Positions 11,913 to 21,834 of a stretch of DNA of 64,000 nt are shown piece by piece. Below the pieces are notes generated by a model that was not told the origin of the DNA, did no database searches, and was given only the letters and a program-made list of their open reading frames with translations. A program made the translations under genes and the position numbers. The stretch comes from Neovahlkampfia damariscottae (Eukaryota), in NCBI GenBank assembly GCA_016618085.1, contig JABLTG010000010.1, positions 1 through 64,000 of the forward strand, in the 5' to 3' direction. Numbering within the stretch: the first letter of the stretch is position 1; every line of letters starts with the position of its first letter.

Positions 11913-13493
11913 TTAATTTGAAGTTCCTTTTGTTTCAGAAACGAAGAAAATTGATATGACAATTGATACACCTATCACAATAGTGAATGGTATGAATGTG
12001 AACGGTTTGATCAATGAATCCATTGAATCAAAAGTTAATCCAACTAAAAACACAATAGACCAATTGAGTGCTAATAAACAAGAAGATATAAATCCTCTAA
12101 CATCATCAGGAAATAATTCACTTGTCATTACCCAAGGTATTGGACCTAGACCAATAGCAAATCCAATGATAAACATCACAACAGATATAACAGTAACTAC
12201 ATTCATCACTTGAACTGCTATCTGATAATAAGTCAAAATAAAACTGATTGAAAGAATAATATAAAAGAAAAATGCCCAAATCTCACTAACAAGCAACAAA
12301 ATCTTTCTTCCAAGTTTTTCAATAAGAAACACAGAAAATATTGTTGCAATAACATTAATTAATCCAATAATTGCTGTTGCAATAGATGCGTTTTGAACTC
12401 CTGCATTTTGAAAGATCGAAGTTGAATAGAAAATGACAGCATTAACACCTGACAATTGTTGAGTAACGTGTAGAGTGATTCCAACAAAAATAGGTTTAAT
12501 CAGTTCCCTTCTAAATAAAGAATTGAATAAATTTCCTTTTGGTTGATTATTCAAAAAATTTTGAAATTGATTCAATTCATAAGAAACATTTGCACTCTTT
12601 CTCAGTCTTTTTAATGTTTCTTCAGCTCTTTTTTGCCATCCTATTTTGACCAACCATTTTGGACTCATTGGACAAAACACCAATAAAATACTTTGTATAA
12701 TTCCAATTGGAATAGGTACAGATAATAAATACCTCCAACCAGGTCTAAATGATAGAAATATACCTAAAGTTTGAGCCACTAAAATTGCAATGGTAATGGA
12801 CAATTGATGTAAAGTTGTCATTGCTCCTCGTAAATTTGATGGACTTATTTCTGAAAGATAAACAGGCGCAACAGTACTGATCAATCCAACACCAAATCCA
12901 TGAATCATTCTTCCAATCGTCAAAAAATAAAAATTTGAAAAAAAACACATGACAGCTGCTCCTACAATGAAAAAACCATTGGAAATAAACATTACAGTTC
13001 TTCTTCCAATGAAATCTGATAGTACTCCTGCTAATAAACTTCCTTTTTTTTTTTGTGTTAAAAAAAAATTTCTCAAACCAATTAATGCTGTGACGATAAA
13101 AGAACTAACAAAAATATTCCATTGAATAGGTTCCATATGTACACACGGTTGAAATGTATTTGAGATGTTAAAAATTGGATTATTTCCACATTCTGTAGTG
13201 TGGTTCAAATAAGTTTGATTTTCATTTGTAAAAGGTTTTATACCTGAAATCGCTTCTTTTGGTGTGTTTAAAACACCTATAGCGAAACCATATTGAAAAC
13301 TACCCAATATTATCACAAAACCTGTGAACAAAAGTACCAAGTTTAAAGTTGCTGGTTTTTGTTCTTCAATTGGAATTTCAGATTCTGAATTGATATCATT
13401 TGGATTGTTTAATATTTCATCAATATTTGTTTCATCTGAACTCTTCTCAACGTCTATTTCATCATAGAGTTGTTGATGAGGATTTTCGTCCAT
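11913..13493 (-). CDS. MFS sugar porter (GLUT/SLC2-like)
   Basis: About 12 TM helices; DFIGRR, YLSEISP..LRG, QQLSGVNAVIFYS, IEKLGRK and ETKG motifs. One small in-frame intron near 13045-13078. Confidence 0.95.
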   Translation of the reverse strand: MDENPHQQLYDEIDVEKSSDETNIDEILNNPNDINSESEIPIEEQKPATLNLVLLFTGFVIILGSFQYGFAIGVLNTPKEAISGIKPFTNENQTYLNHTTECGNNPIFNISNTFQPCVHMEPIQWNIFVSSFIVTALIGLRNFFLTQKKKGSLLAGVLSDFIGRRTVMFISNGFFIVGAAVMCFFSNFYFLTIGRMIHGFGVGLISTVAPVYLSEISPSNLRGAMTTLHQLSITIAILVAQTLGIFLSFRPGWRYLLSVPIPIGIIQSILLVFCPMSPKWLVKIGWQKRAEETLKRLRKSANVSYELNQFQNFLNNQPKGNLFNSLFRRELIKPIFVGITLHVTQQLSGVNAVIFYSTSIFQNAGVQNASIATAIIGLINVIATIFSVFLIEKLGRKILLLVSEIWAFFFYIILSISFILTYYQIAVQVMNVVTVISVVMFIIGFAIGLGPIPWVMTSELFPDDVRGFISSCLLALNWSIVFLVGLTFDSMDSLIKPFTFIPFTIVIGVSIVISIFFVSETKGTSN

Positions 13494-13639
13494 AAAAAAA
13501 AATGATTGGTAGTTTCTTCATCAGAATTAAAAGTGTTAAAAACAATATAATTGTTCGAAAAAAAACCCAATTGTGAAAACGAAATTTAAATAGATTCGAC
13601 CAATGAAAATCTTAAGAAGTATTCTTCAACTGAAGACGA

Positions 13640-15302
13640 ATGGGTAATGCCAGTACACCAGATTCCATTTTGAAGTCAAAATCTTACAAATTACAATACT
13701 GTTCTGACCTTAGTCAATATTATGATCAAAAAACAATAGAAAACAACTTTCTTGAATATAACAAAAATTTCGAACTCAAATTAGTTTCATACAAGAAAAC
13801 CAAGAAGAAGAAATGCAATTTGGTACATTTGATTTTTTGAATCCTTTTTCTGTTTGCTCACTTGCCCTAAAGTTTGGACCTTTTTTTATTTTTTTCGCTC
13901 GTGATTCAATTGTTTGGACAGAAGAAAATATTTTATCACTTTTTTCCATTGATTTAACTGATAAAATGAAAGATCAAATATACTTTTAAAAGATGTTTCA
14001 AAACTGATTTCATTTTGGAATTTAAATCAAAAATTTTCATACACCGAGAATAATTCATATCATTTTGTGATGGAGTTATTGCAAATTGGATTCAGTATCT
14101 CAAAAAAAAAGATCCCAGCATCAAAAGAAATGAAGGTAAATAACTGTTTTATTGCTAATAATAAGATTGCAATGAATGCTATCAGGAAGAATGGATATTT
14201 CAGAACTGAATATTTTGAAAGTAGAAATTTTCAAAATTTCAAGAGTTGCTGTGAACTATATTATCATCTTTTTTTATCTGGAACTCTTGAAGAGAAGATA
14301 TTAGGTTCATACTTCTTCAGTGCAGCTAACTTGAAAGAGAATGTCCACAACATCTCTATGAACAGAGACTCAAATTAATTCCAAACCTTCTATTTTCCTT
14401 TGGGTTTGAAATTCCTGGTGTGAAGTTTTGCAAACCGAAATTACTAACTATATTACATCATCACATTGATTATAGAATTGAAAAATGTGCTTCAAATATA
14501 CATCTTTTGGAGGAAAAAAAGATCATATATAAAATTCCTACTGGAAAAACAATTGTTAAAATGATTTTTAAAGAACATTTGAAACCAGAGATTTTTAAGT
14601 CAATTTATTCAAATGATGGTATTTATCCAACAAAAGAAGAAACTCATAAGTATTTAATGATGCTACCAAATGAAGTAAAGAGAATTATATTTCAAGCTAT
14701 CATCAAATATGATTCAGTTATTGATCTCAATGAATTAGTGTCAAATAAAGAAATTCAAAATATTGAAGAAGAATCAATTTCCATTTTCAAACCAAGAAAA
14801 AAAATTGGAATATCATTTGGAATAGATAATGATAAACCTTTGAAAAAATTAAATTCTTGTTTTTTTGATGCCAAAGGAATAAAAGAAAGTTTAGAATTTT
14901 TGAATTTCAAGTCAACATGCTATTGTGATTCGGAATCAGAAGAAATTCGAGATATCATTGAAAAAACTATTGAATCACTCGAAGATGATACACTTTTATT
15001 TTTCTTTTATTCTGGGCATGGAAATGAAATCAATGGAATTAATTATATTTATGGTAAAGATGGGATTTCAACAGTAAAATCAACCTACAACATTATTTGA
15101 TCAATCCTATTATTAAATCCTAGAAATCAATTGGTTTGATTGTCGTTTTTGATGCTTGTCGTTCAAATGGGAAGGATTTTTCTTCAAACCACAAATCTGT
15201 CATTATGAAATCATCAGAAAAAGTCGAGTTTACTCCAACAGACGGAATGGAAAATTGGAACAATGAAGGAGTAGTTGCAGTTGTATATTCAACTAACCCT
15301 GG
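13640..15302 (+). pseudogene. Caspase/metacaspase-like (peptidase C14) gene, 5' part, interrupted by the inserted element
   Basis: MGNAST (myristoylation-like) start; catalytic motifs FYSGHG and VFDACR; ends YSTNPG at the insertion point. Several frame breaks are not clearly explained by introns. Confidence 0.7.
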
Positions 15303-15382
15303 AGTAGTAGAGGCGAAAAGTCCGGATGGGAGTTAAACTTTTTTTTATTTTCACCCCCAAGGAAGTAAAAAAAGACCATTTT
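15303..15382 (+). repeat. Left terminal inverted repeat
   Basis: AGTAGTAGAGGCGAAAAGTCCGGATGGGAG...CCCCCAAGGAAGTAAAAAAAGACCATTTT; reverse complement of 19567-19645. Confidence 0.92.
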
Positions 15383-15726
15383 CGGATTTTTCATTTTTTT
15401 TGACCAATTACCCCGATACACCCAGAGCCATTTTCTTGCCAGCTCACGCCTCAACTCGGCGGTTTTTTCGCATTTGAAAATTTTAACCACCTTCTTACTT
15501 TTTGTTATCCATAATTTTTCATTTTTGTTTCTGCCATTTTGATTGGTCCATTATATTGCTTTTTGGTTGGTCTAAAATTATGGGTAATAAAAACTAAGAG
15601 TTTCTGAATCCATAATTTTGGATGTTTGGAGAGTTTTGATTGGCTTAATCCTTTGTTTTGGAGGTTTTGAACTTCTAATTGAATAGTTTTGGAATGGAAA
15701 AATAAATTATGTGGTAATAATATATA

Positions 15727-15945
15727 ATGGAACAAAGAGAATTGGAATTTATAGCACCAATTTTAAAACAAAGAAAAAGAGATTTAAAACTTCAAAAATA
15801 CTATGCGGATTGTGATATAGAAGAATATGAAAGAGGCTTAATTACTAATTTAGATGTTGATAAACGTAGAAAAGTGGTAGAAGAAATTAAAGATGAAATA
15901 AATTATATTGACAAAATTATTAAAAAACATTTTAACTATATATAA
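15727..15945 (+). CDS. Element micro-ORF, 72 aa, coiled-coil-like, unknown function
   Basis: Intronless; TATATAATG start context; stop abuts the next ATTGGGTTTAAA motif. Confidence 0.6.
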   Translation: MEQRELEFIAPILKQRKRDLKLQKYYADCDIEEYERGLITNLDVDKRRKVVEEIKDEINYIDKIIKKHFNYI

Positions 15946-15957
15946 ATTGGGTTTAAA
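15946..15957 (+). promoter_or_regulatory. Element-specific promoter-like motif ATTGGGTTTAAA (other copies at 16117, 16362, 16713, 17037)
   Basis: Five copies; four lie 43-44 nt upstream of an ATG. Confidence 0.7.
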
Positions 15958-15988
15958 ATAATAATATTAATATGTAATATTATTGTAT

Positions 15989-16117
15989 ATGATATATCCA
16001 ACATATTTAGATGATAAAATTTTAAGTAAAAAAGAAAAGGCAGAGACGAAAATTTATAGAAAATTGCGAGATGGTATTATAGATTTTATGCTTTTTTCAA
16101 AATATATAGATTTATAA
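15989..16117 (+). CDS. Element micro-ORF, 42 aa (MIYPTYLDDKILSKKEKAETKIYRKLRDGIIDFMLFSKYIDL); below the ORF-track cutoff
   Basis: ATG is 43 nt after the motif at 15946; the TAA overlaps the next motif at 16117. Confidence 0.55.
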   Translation: MIYPTYLDDKILSKKEKAETKIYRKLRDGIIDFMLFSKYIDL

Positions 16118-16159
16118 TTGGGTTTAAATAATAATTTATTTACATAGTAATAATATATA

Positions 16160-16351
16160 ATGGGACTTGAAACTAGAGATTGGGTTGAATTAAAAGCAAA
16201 ATTCATTGAAGAAGAAATAAAAAAGACAAAAAAAGAAATAAAAGATAGAATTATGATTAATAATTATCGTGATGAAGTTTGTGATGAAACTTATGAATTA
16301 CCAAAATATCAGTATAATTATTTAGATAAACTGAACAAAATATTTTTTTAA
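16160..16351 (+). CDS. Element micro-ORF, 63 aa, unknown function
   Basis: ATG is 43 nt after the motif at 16117; TATATAATG context. Confidence 0.6.
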   Translation: MGLETRDWVELKAKFIEEEIKKTKKEIKDRIMINNYRDEVCDETYELPKYQYNYLDKLNKIFF

Positions 16352-16405
16352 TTAATTATGAATTGGGTTTAAAAATTAAATTATATTATAGAATTGTATA
16401 ATATA

Positions 16406-16708
16406 ATGGGAAAAACAATTTATGTGCCAAATGAAAAACTTAAAGAATCTAAATATTTTAATGATGTCGTAAATAATAGAAGTATGGATGTTGAAGATTT
16501 TTATGATTCAACCAACTACAAACAAGCTTTTTATATGATTTTTGAAAATATGAATTATAATTTAACGTATTCAGGTTGTGCTGTAAATTCATCTACAAAT
16601 GATTATTTAAAATTATTGGAAGCATTTAAATATCATACAATACCAATTGATAAAATGGTAGAAATTTGTAAATTTGAAAGTCCATTAGAAAAATATTTTA
16701 AAATATAG
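16406..16708 (+). CDS. Element ORF, 100 aa, possibly BTB/POZ-like
   Basis: ATG is 44 nt after the motif at 16362. Pattern GKTIYV..KL..SKYF...AF.MI.E.M.Y...LLEAFKY..I....IC. Confidence 0.55.
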   Translation: MGKTIYVPNEKLKESKYFNDVVNNRSMDVEDFYDSTNYKQAFYMIFENMNYNLTYSGCAVNSSTNDYLKLLEAFKYHTIPIDKMVEICKFESPLEKYFKI

Positions 16709-17080
16709 ATATATTGGGTTTAATTTATAAAAATATTTTCTAAATATAAATTGTATAGTTAAGTGGTTCATTGTGGTAATATCTTGGTTTAGGAAAGACT
16801 TGGAGGTAGGTGAGAACTCTACACACATAACATATACCCATTGTTTAGTTGATTAAAACCTTTCCATCTTTTTTTTCATATATCGCATTTTGGTTTACTT
16901 TTCATCATCTTCATAAGATAATGAAAATTTTAATACTCTTAGTTTTCTAACCAATCACAATATTAGAACCAAACTGAAACTTTTTTATGGGTAACAAAAA
17001 CTACGAGTTTATTTTTTCAAATATATAGAATTATAAATTGGATTTAAGGAATAAATTATATTATAGTATTATCTCATATA

Positions 17081-18223
17081 ATGGAAACTCAAAAATTAAA
17101 CAAAAGAAAAATTAAAGATTTAGCAAATGAATCATTAAACAACATTATCCACTTCAAAAAGAAGAAAGATGGACAACGTTATTATTATTATTACAATGAT
17201 AATAAAGAACAAAAAATATTTATCACCAAAGAAGACAGAAAAAGAATTTCAAAAGAAAAAGTAAAAATTAGACATGAAAATTTAACAAAAAGAGAAGAAA
17301 AATTACCAGAAGATTATTTAAATAAGAAAGTAATTATTGCAAGAAATGGAAATCTATATTTTTATTGGTATCCTAGTCCAGTATTTAACAGAACAAATAT
17401 CACAAAAGAAAAAGTTGATGAAATTAAAAGAAAAGCAAAAGAATTAAAACAAGAAAATAAAGAACAATCAGAACAAAAATATACAATTCATTATACTATT
17501 TGGAAAGAAAAAATTATAAGGGATGAAGATGGTGAAAAAATAAAAAGTGAATTTACAAAAAAAGATAACCCACCTAAAATTTACCCATCTAGAAGTGGGA
17601 CACTTGTAATTAAAACAAATGATGACTGTATTAAATTTTTAGAAAATATTATGATTACAATTTCAAACATAAAAATAATAAACTCATACAATATGATGAA
17701 TTATTCAATAACCATTTATATTCCAATCATTGCAGATGAACAAAACCGCGACCAAATAGACAAAAATGAAGAAGTTGTTATTGTTTCACCTGAAAATTTA
17801 ATTGCCCCATTTTCTACTGATGGTAATGCATCATCTACACAATTTAAATTACATTATTATTATGGCGAATTCATTACATTTGATGATATTAGAAGAGGAA
17901 CACATAAGAAAATGAATATTATGAAAACAAAATTACATGCTGAAACTTGTAATACAATCAATAATAAAGCAATCAATTACAAAGGGAAAACTTTAAAGAA
18001 AATTATTGATACAAATCAATTGAATGATGAGCACAAACAAAACGCATGTGTCTATACTTCGTTAATCAAAATGTATCATAACACCATCAAAATAAATCAA
18101 AAAAAGAATGTCTTACAGTAATTTATATCAATTCTTTCATGGTAAAAAATATGTTGAAAACGCAGATTTAGGTTTATCAATTGAACAATTAAAAAGGTTC
18201 TTTGAAACATTTAATTTACATCC
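17081..18223 (+). pseudogene. Truncated large element ORF, possibly the N-terminal region of a protein-primed PolB/replication protein
   Basis: 346-aa ORF 44 nt after the motif at 17037. Removing one A from the A7 run at 18099-18105 extends it as RMSYSNLYQFFHGKKYVENADLGLSIEQLKRFFETFNLH until it meets the captured gene. Confidence 0.5.
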
Positions 18224-19489
18224 TCAAATAAATTTTTTTTCAATAAATCTTCTGGTTGCTTCACGCATTGAATTGGAATGAAATTTAAATCTTCTTTTTT
18301 CAATATCATAAGCAAGAATATGGTATCCTTTTACTGCTGGCCCTTCTGCGATAATTGCCGTTGCTTTATCAATATTTAAGGTATCAATGCCATCTTTATT
18401 CTCTTTTTTCAACATTTCTTTGAATAATTTCAAATAAAAATCATTTTCATCATAATCAAGACAATCTTTTACAGAACCTTCATCTTCTTGAATTTTTTAT
18501 TCAATAAATTCTAAAGGTTTCATATTTGAAGTTACAAGATTACGAAGATTCACTGGTTTGGTTCCAAATTTTTCTAAAACCATTTTTCTAATTTCACCAT
18601 CAGAAGTAAAATCAACTTTATCCAAATAATCATTTGCTTCATCATCTGTAAAATCACCAACCCAAATATATTCTTGTCTTCCAGAGTCTAAAAAAAAAAA
18701 TTAAAGATTAAAAATTAAAAACCTGAAGTCATGGAAAGACAAGCATTTGCATCAATTAAGACGAGAATACATCTTGCTTGAACATAATCAGATGAAATTT
18801 GTTTGGCAGTTTTATAAAGTAGTCCTGTAACTTCTTTTGAAGTCTTTCCATCAACATCAAAAACAACAGTTGGAACCCAAATTACTTTTCCATCTTTTGT
18901 TTTTTTTTATTGAATTACAAATTTCACCAAAAATTTGAGCTTCTTGACCTAAAAATATGAAAAAAAAAAAATTACCTTCGTTCCAATGTTCAATTGGGAC
19001 TTTAATGGCTTTAAGGAGTTTTGGTTCTAAATTTTGTGTTGTTTTTCCATCAATTTTTACAACAATTACACCTTTTTTTCCGTTAATAACATGATTTAAA
19101 AGTGTTGTTTTTCCTGAACCTTTACTTCCAACTATAATTACATATTTTCTGTTATTTAATATTCCAATAATTTGATTTAAATGTTCTTCATAATCTTTTC
19201 TTGCAACATAATCACTTTCTTCATTTAAATGTATTGGTTTTTGAAGAAATTTTTTTCCTTTATTTCTTTTGTATTCTTCTCTTGTTATAAGATAATTAAT
19301 GAAACTTGAAGCCCTTTCTGAGTAATATACAAGCAATAAAATTGAAACAGTTGAAAATATTCTTAATTTTGTTTGATATTTTTGAGAAACAAATTTTTCA
19401 AAGGATTTCCATTTTAAATGCAAATTTGATTTCATTGAATAACTTCTGTGCTTGAATTTAGAAATATTCTTTAAAGTTTTAGAAAACAT
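18224..19489 (-). pseudogene. Host-type P-loop AAA+-like ATPase gene (N-terminal basic leader + TM) carried inside the element
   Basis: Walker A IVGSKGSGKTT; WVPTVVFDVD (Walker B-like); RQEYIWVGDFTDDEA; GT-AG introns at 18949-18975 and 18688-18722; frameshift in the A-run near 18900-18908; in-frame TAA at 18497-18499; CCAATCA at 19538-19544. Confidence 0.75.
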
Positions 19490-19566
19490 TTTTGAGATGT
19501 TGATCAAATTTTTGAAGACCAAAATTTGATTTAATTCTGATTGGATTAGAATTTACCGCAATATAT

Positions 19567-19645
19567 AAAATGGGCTTTTTTTACTTTCTTGGGGAGAAAA
19601 TTAAAAAAAGTTAAATCGCCGTCCGGACTTTTCGTCTCTACTACT
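19567..19645 (-). repeat. Right terminal inverted repeat
   Basis: Reverse complement reads AGTAGTAGAGACGAAAAGTCCGGACGGCGA...CCCCAAGAAAGTAAAAAAAGCCCATTTT. Confidence 0.92.
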
Positions 19646-19828
19646 CCCTGTAGAAGAATCAAAAACAGGAGGAGATTTCAGTACTTTCACACAGTTTTTC
19701 TCGAACATATTAGGAGACTGGAAAGTTTCTCAAAAACTATCATCAGAACAACAAAGGGAATGAAGAAAGTTTCACAATCTCAAATTCCGTCAAAGGAATT
19801 GTATAGGGAGCCCATGAAATCTATCTAA
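19646..19828 (+). pseudogene. 3' remnant of the interrupted caspase-like gene
   Basis: Continues as EESKTGGDFSTFT and, after a frameshift, VFLEHIRR...SQSQIP, resembling the caspase small-subunit region. Confidence 0.65.
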
Positions 19829-19934
19829 ATTTAGAATTTCAAGAAATAAAATAAATATTAAATAATTTCTAACATAAAAAATATTAAAAAAAATATTACC
19901 AAGTTTCTAACAGTTCAAAAATAAGTAAGAAACA

Positions 19935-20005
19935 TCTTCTGTAGTATAAGGGTAGTATAGTGGACTTTGAATCCATTGATCCAGGTTCGAATCCTGGCAG
20001 GAGAA
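19935..20005 (+). tRNA. tRNA-Gln(TTG)
   Basis: Acceptor stem TCTTCTG/CAGGAGA; anticodon arm GTGGA-CTTTGAA-TCCAT; T arm CCAGG-TTCGAAT-CCTGG. Confidence 0.9.
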
Positions 20006-20078
20006 CTCATATTTTTAGACATTGTGAAACCAAGAAAATTAATAGTTTTATTCTTTTTCCAAACAAAATTTAATGAGA

Positions 20079-21834
20079 TTAACAGTTTTTCTCAAACCTA
20101 AAACTGATATCCACTAATGTTGATGATAACTTCGACAAGTTTTTCTCTCTTTTTCTCTCCAAATTTCTATCCAACAATGAATTCATCAGGAAAATGAATT
20201 TTTTGTCAACATTTTGAGTGAGAATGAGCTCCTCCAATGCCTTGCTCTCTCTCATGAATTCAAGAATACAATCCCTTCCAATATTTGAAACTAACTCCAC
20301 CCCAAGATCTAATTTCATATTTAAGTATTTGATTGTGTGGTTCTGTTTCATAGATTCAGATAATAACCTCAACATTCCATCTGTCAATTGTTCATTTCTA
20401 AAAATCAAATGTTCAATAAATGGATTGAATTTAATCAATTTGGCTACATAAGTGAATGATTTTGAGTGAAATCCGTTATGTCCAATTTCCAAAATTTTAT
20501 ATTTCTTATCTTTGAAATATTCATAAACCCAACGAAATCCACATGGATGTTCTGATAAAGAAATATCATCAATATGTAATTCTGTGATTGTTTGATTGCT
20601 TTTTAATGATTCAAAGAAGTATTTTAAACTTCCACCTGGATTATGTCCACTGACATTCAATGAAGTTAACGATTTCGTTCTTTCAATCATTTTTGAAATA
20701 ATTTTGATTCCTTGAGACGTGAAATGATTCCTCTCCAAAGAGAGTGATTTAATTGATTTGCATATTAACACAGCTTCGCAAACTGATGATACACTTTGAT
20801 TTCCAATTTGACATCGATCTAAAATCAATGTCTCTAAGTTACCATTTTCTTTGATACCATTTCCCAAAGATTTAGCATCTTGTAAATTCAAATCATTAAC
20901 TAAAATATTAATGTTGATGAATTATTTACATGACAAATCCAGGTATAGAACAGATTTATTTGAAGCAATCATCTTGGACAAGAAAATGCCTCCATATTTT
21001 TGAAGTACCAGAGTTCTAGCAATTGACAGTTTTTTTAATGATTTAGTCCCCCTTAAATATTCAAATAAAGCTTTCCTTCCATTTCCTGTCAAATAATTTC
21101 CATCAAGACCTAATTCTTCCAATGTTTCATTTTTCATCAAACTGGCACCAAGATGACAAAATCCACTTGAATTAATGTCATTTTCTAATTGTTAAATAAT
21201 ATTATTATTCATTTTTACCTGACAAGTTCAATACTTTTAATGTGGTATTTGTTTCAAGTGCTGTTGAAATTTTTTCAATCCCTTTGTCACTCAATAATGT
21301 GAAAGTTAAATCTAAATTGGTTATTGTTTTATTGTTTTTTAATAATTCACACAATAATTCACCTGATTCTGAAGTTAAAATATTTTCTAAAAATTAAGAA
21401 CAGTTTTTTGTTACCTGTTAGGTTGAGTGTTTTGATTGTGGAATTTTTTGTCAAATTTTCAAGAAACAGATTCGCATCTGTGATATTAATCATTGAAATT
21501 AAAGATAATTTTTCTATTCTTTTGTTTTTAATGAACATTTTGTTCAAAGAATCAACTTCTTCTTGTTGTAAATTTTGTAAATCTATTTCAATTAATTGAA
21601 AAAAAATTTACAGAGCAATTCAAGATCTGTGATGTTTTGATTTTCATATATTAAAATATTTGATAATTTTTCAATTCCATGAGCTGGAAAATTCAATAAT
21701 TTTAATTTCGAAATTTTGTTGTTTTGTGAAAGTAGATTTAAAAATTTTTCTGTTTTTATTTCATCTTCTAATGATCCATTTAAGACATCAATACTTTCAA
21801 ACAGTTGATTCAATGTCAGTTCATTCACTTCCAT
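20079..21834 (-). CDS. RNI-like leucine-rich repeat protein, multi-exon
   Basis: Repeats such as LEELGLDGNYLTG, LETLILDRCQIG and LTSLNVSG, separated by short introns. Confidence 0.85.

Larger units (their letters stand above)
15303..19645. mobile_element. Non-autonomous Polinton/Maverick-type (Polinton-like virus) element, 4343 bp
   Basis: Inverted termini AGTAGTAG...CTACTACT; ~80-bp TIRs (69/80 identical by manual alignment); flanks CCCTGG (15297-15302) and CCCTGT (19646-19651); splits a caspase-like ORF in frame. Confidence 0.85.

Noticed and set aside
16760..16913. Possible minus-strand Zn-finger remnant (MKMMKSKPKCDI*...MLCV*) inside the element
   Set aside because: Too short and interrupted by stops to support a gene call.
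15946..17048. Repeated ATTGGGTTTAAA as a CRISPR-like array
   Set aside because: The repeat is only 12 nt, spacing is irregular (171-351 nt), the spacers are ORFs, there are no cas genes and the context is eukaryotic.
18497..18499. In-frame TAA as evidence of a reassigned genetic code
   Set aside because: Host genes end normally with TAA and long ORFs (2092 aa) are open under the standard code; the stop is pseudogene decay.
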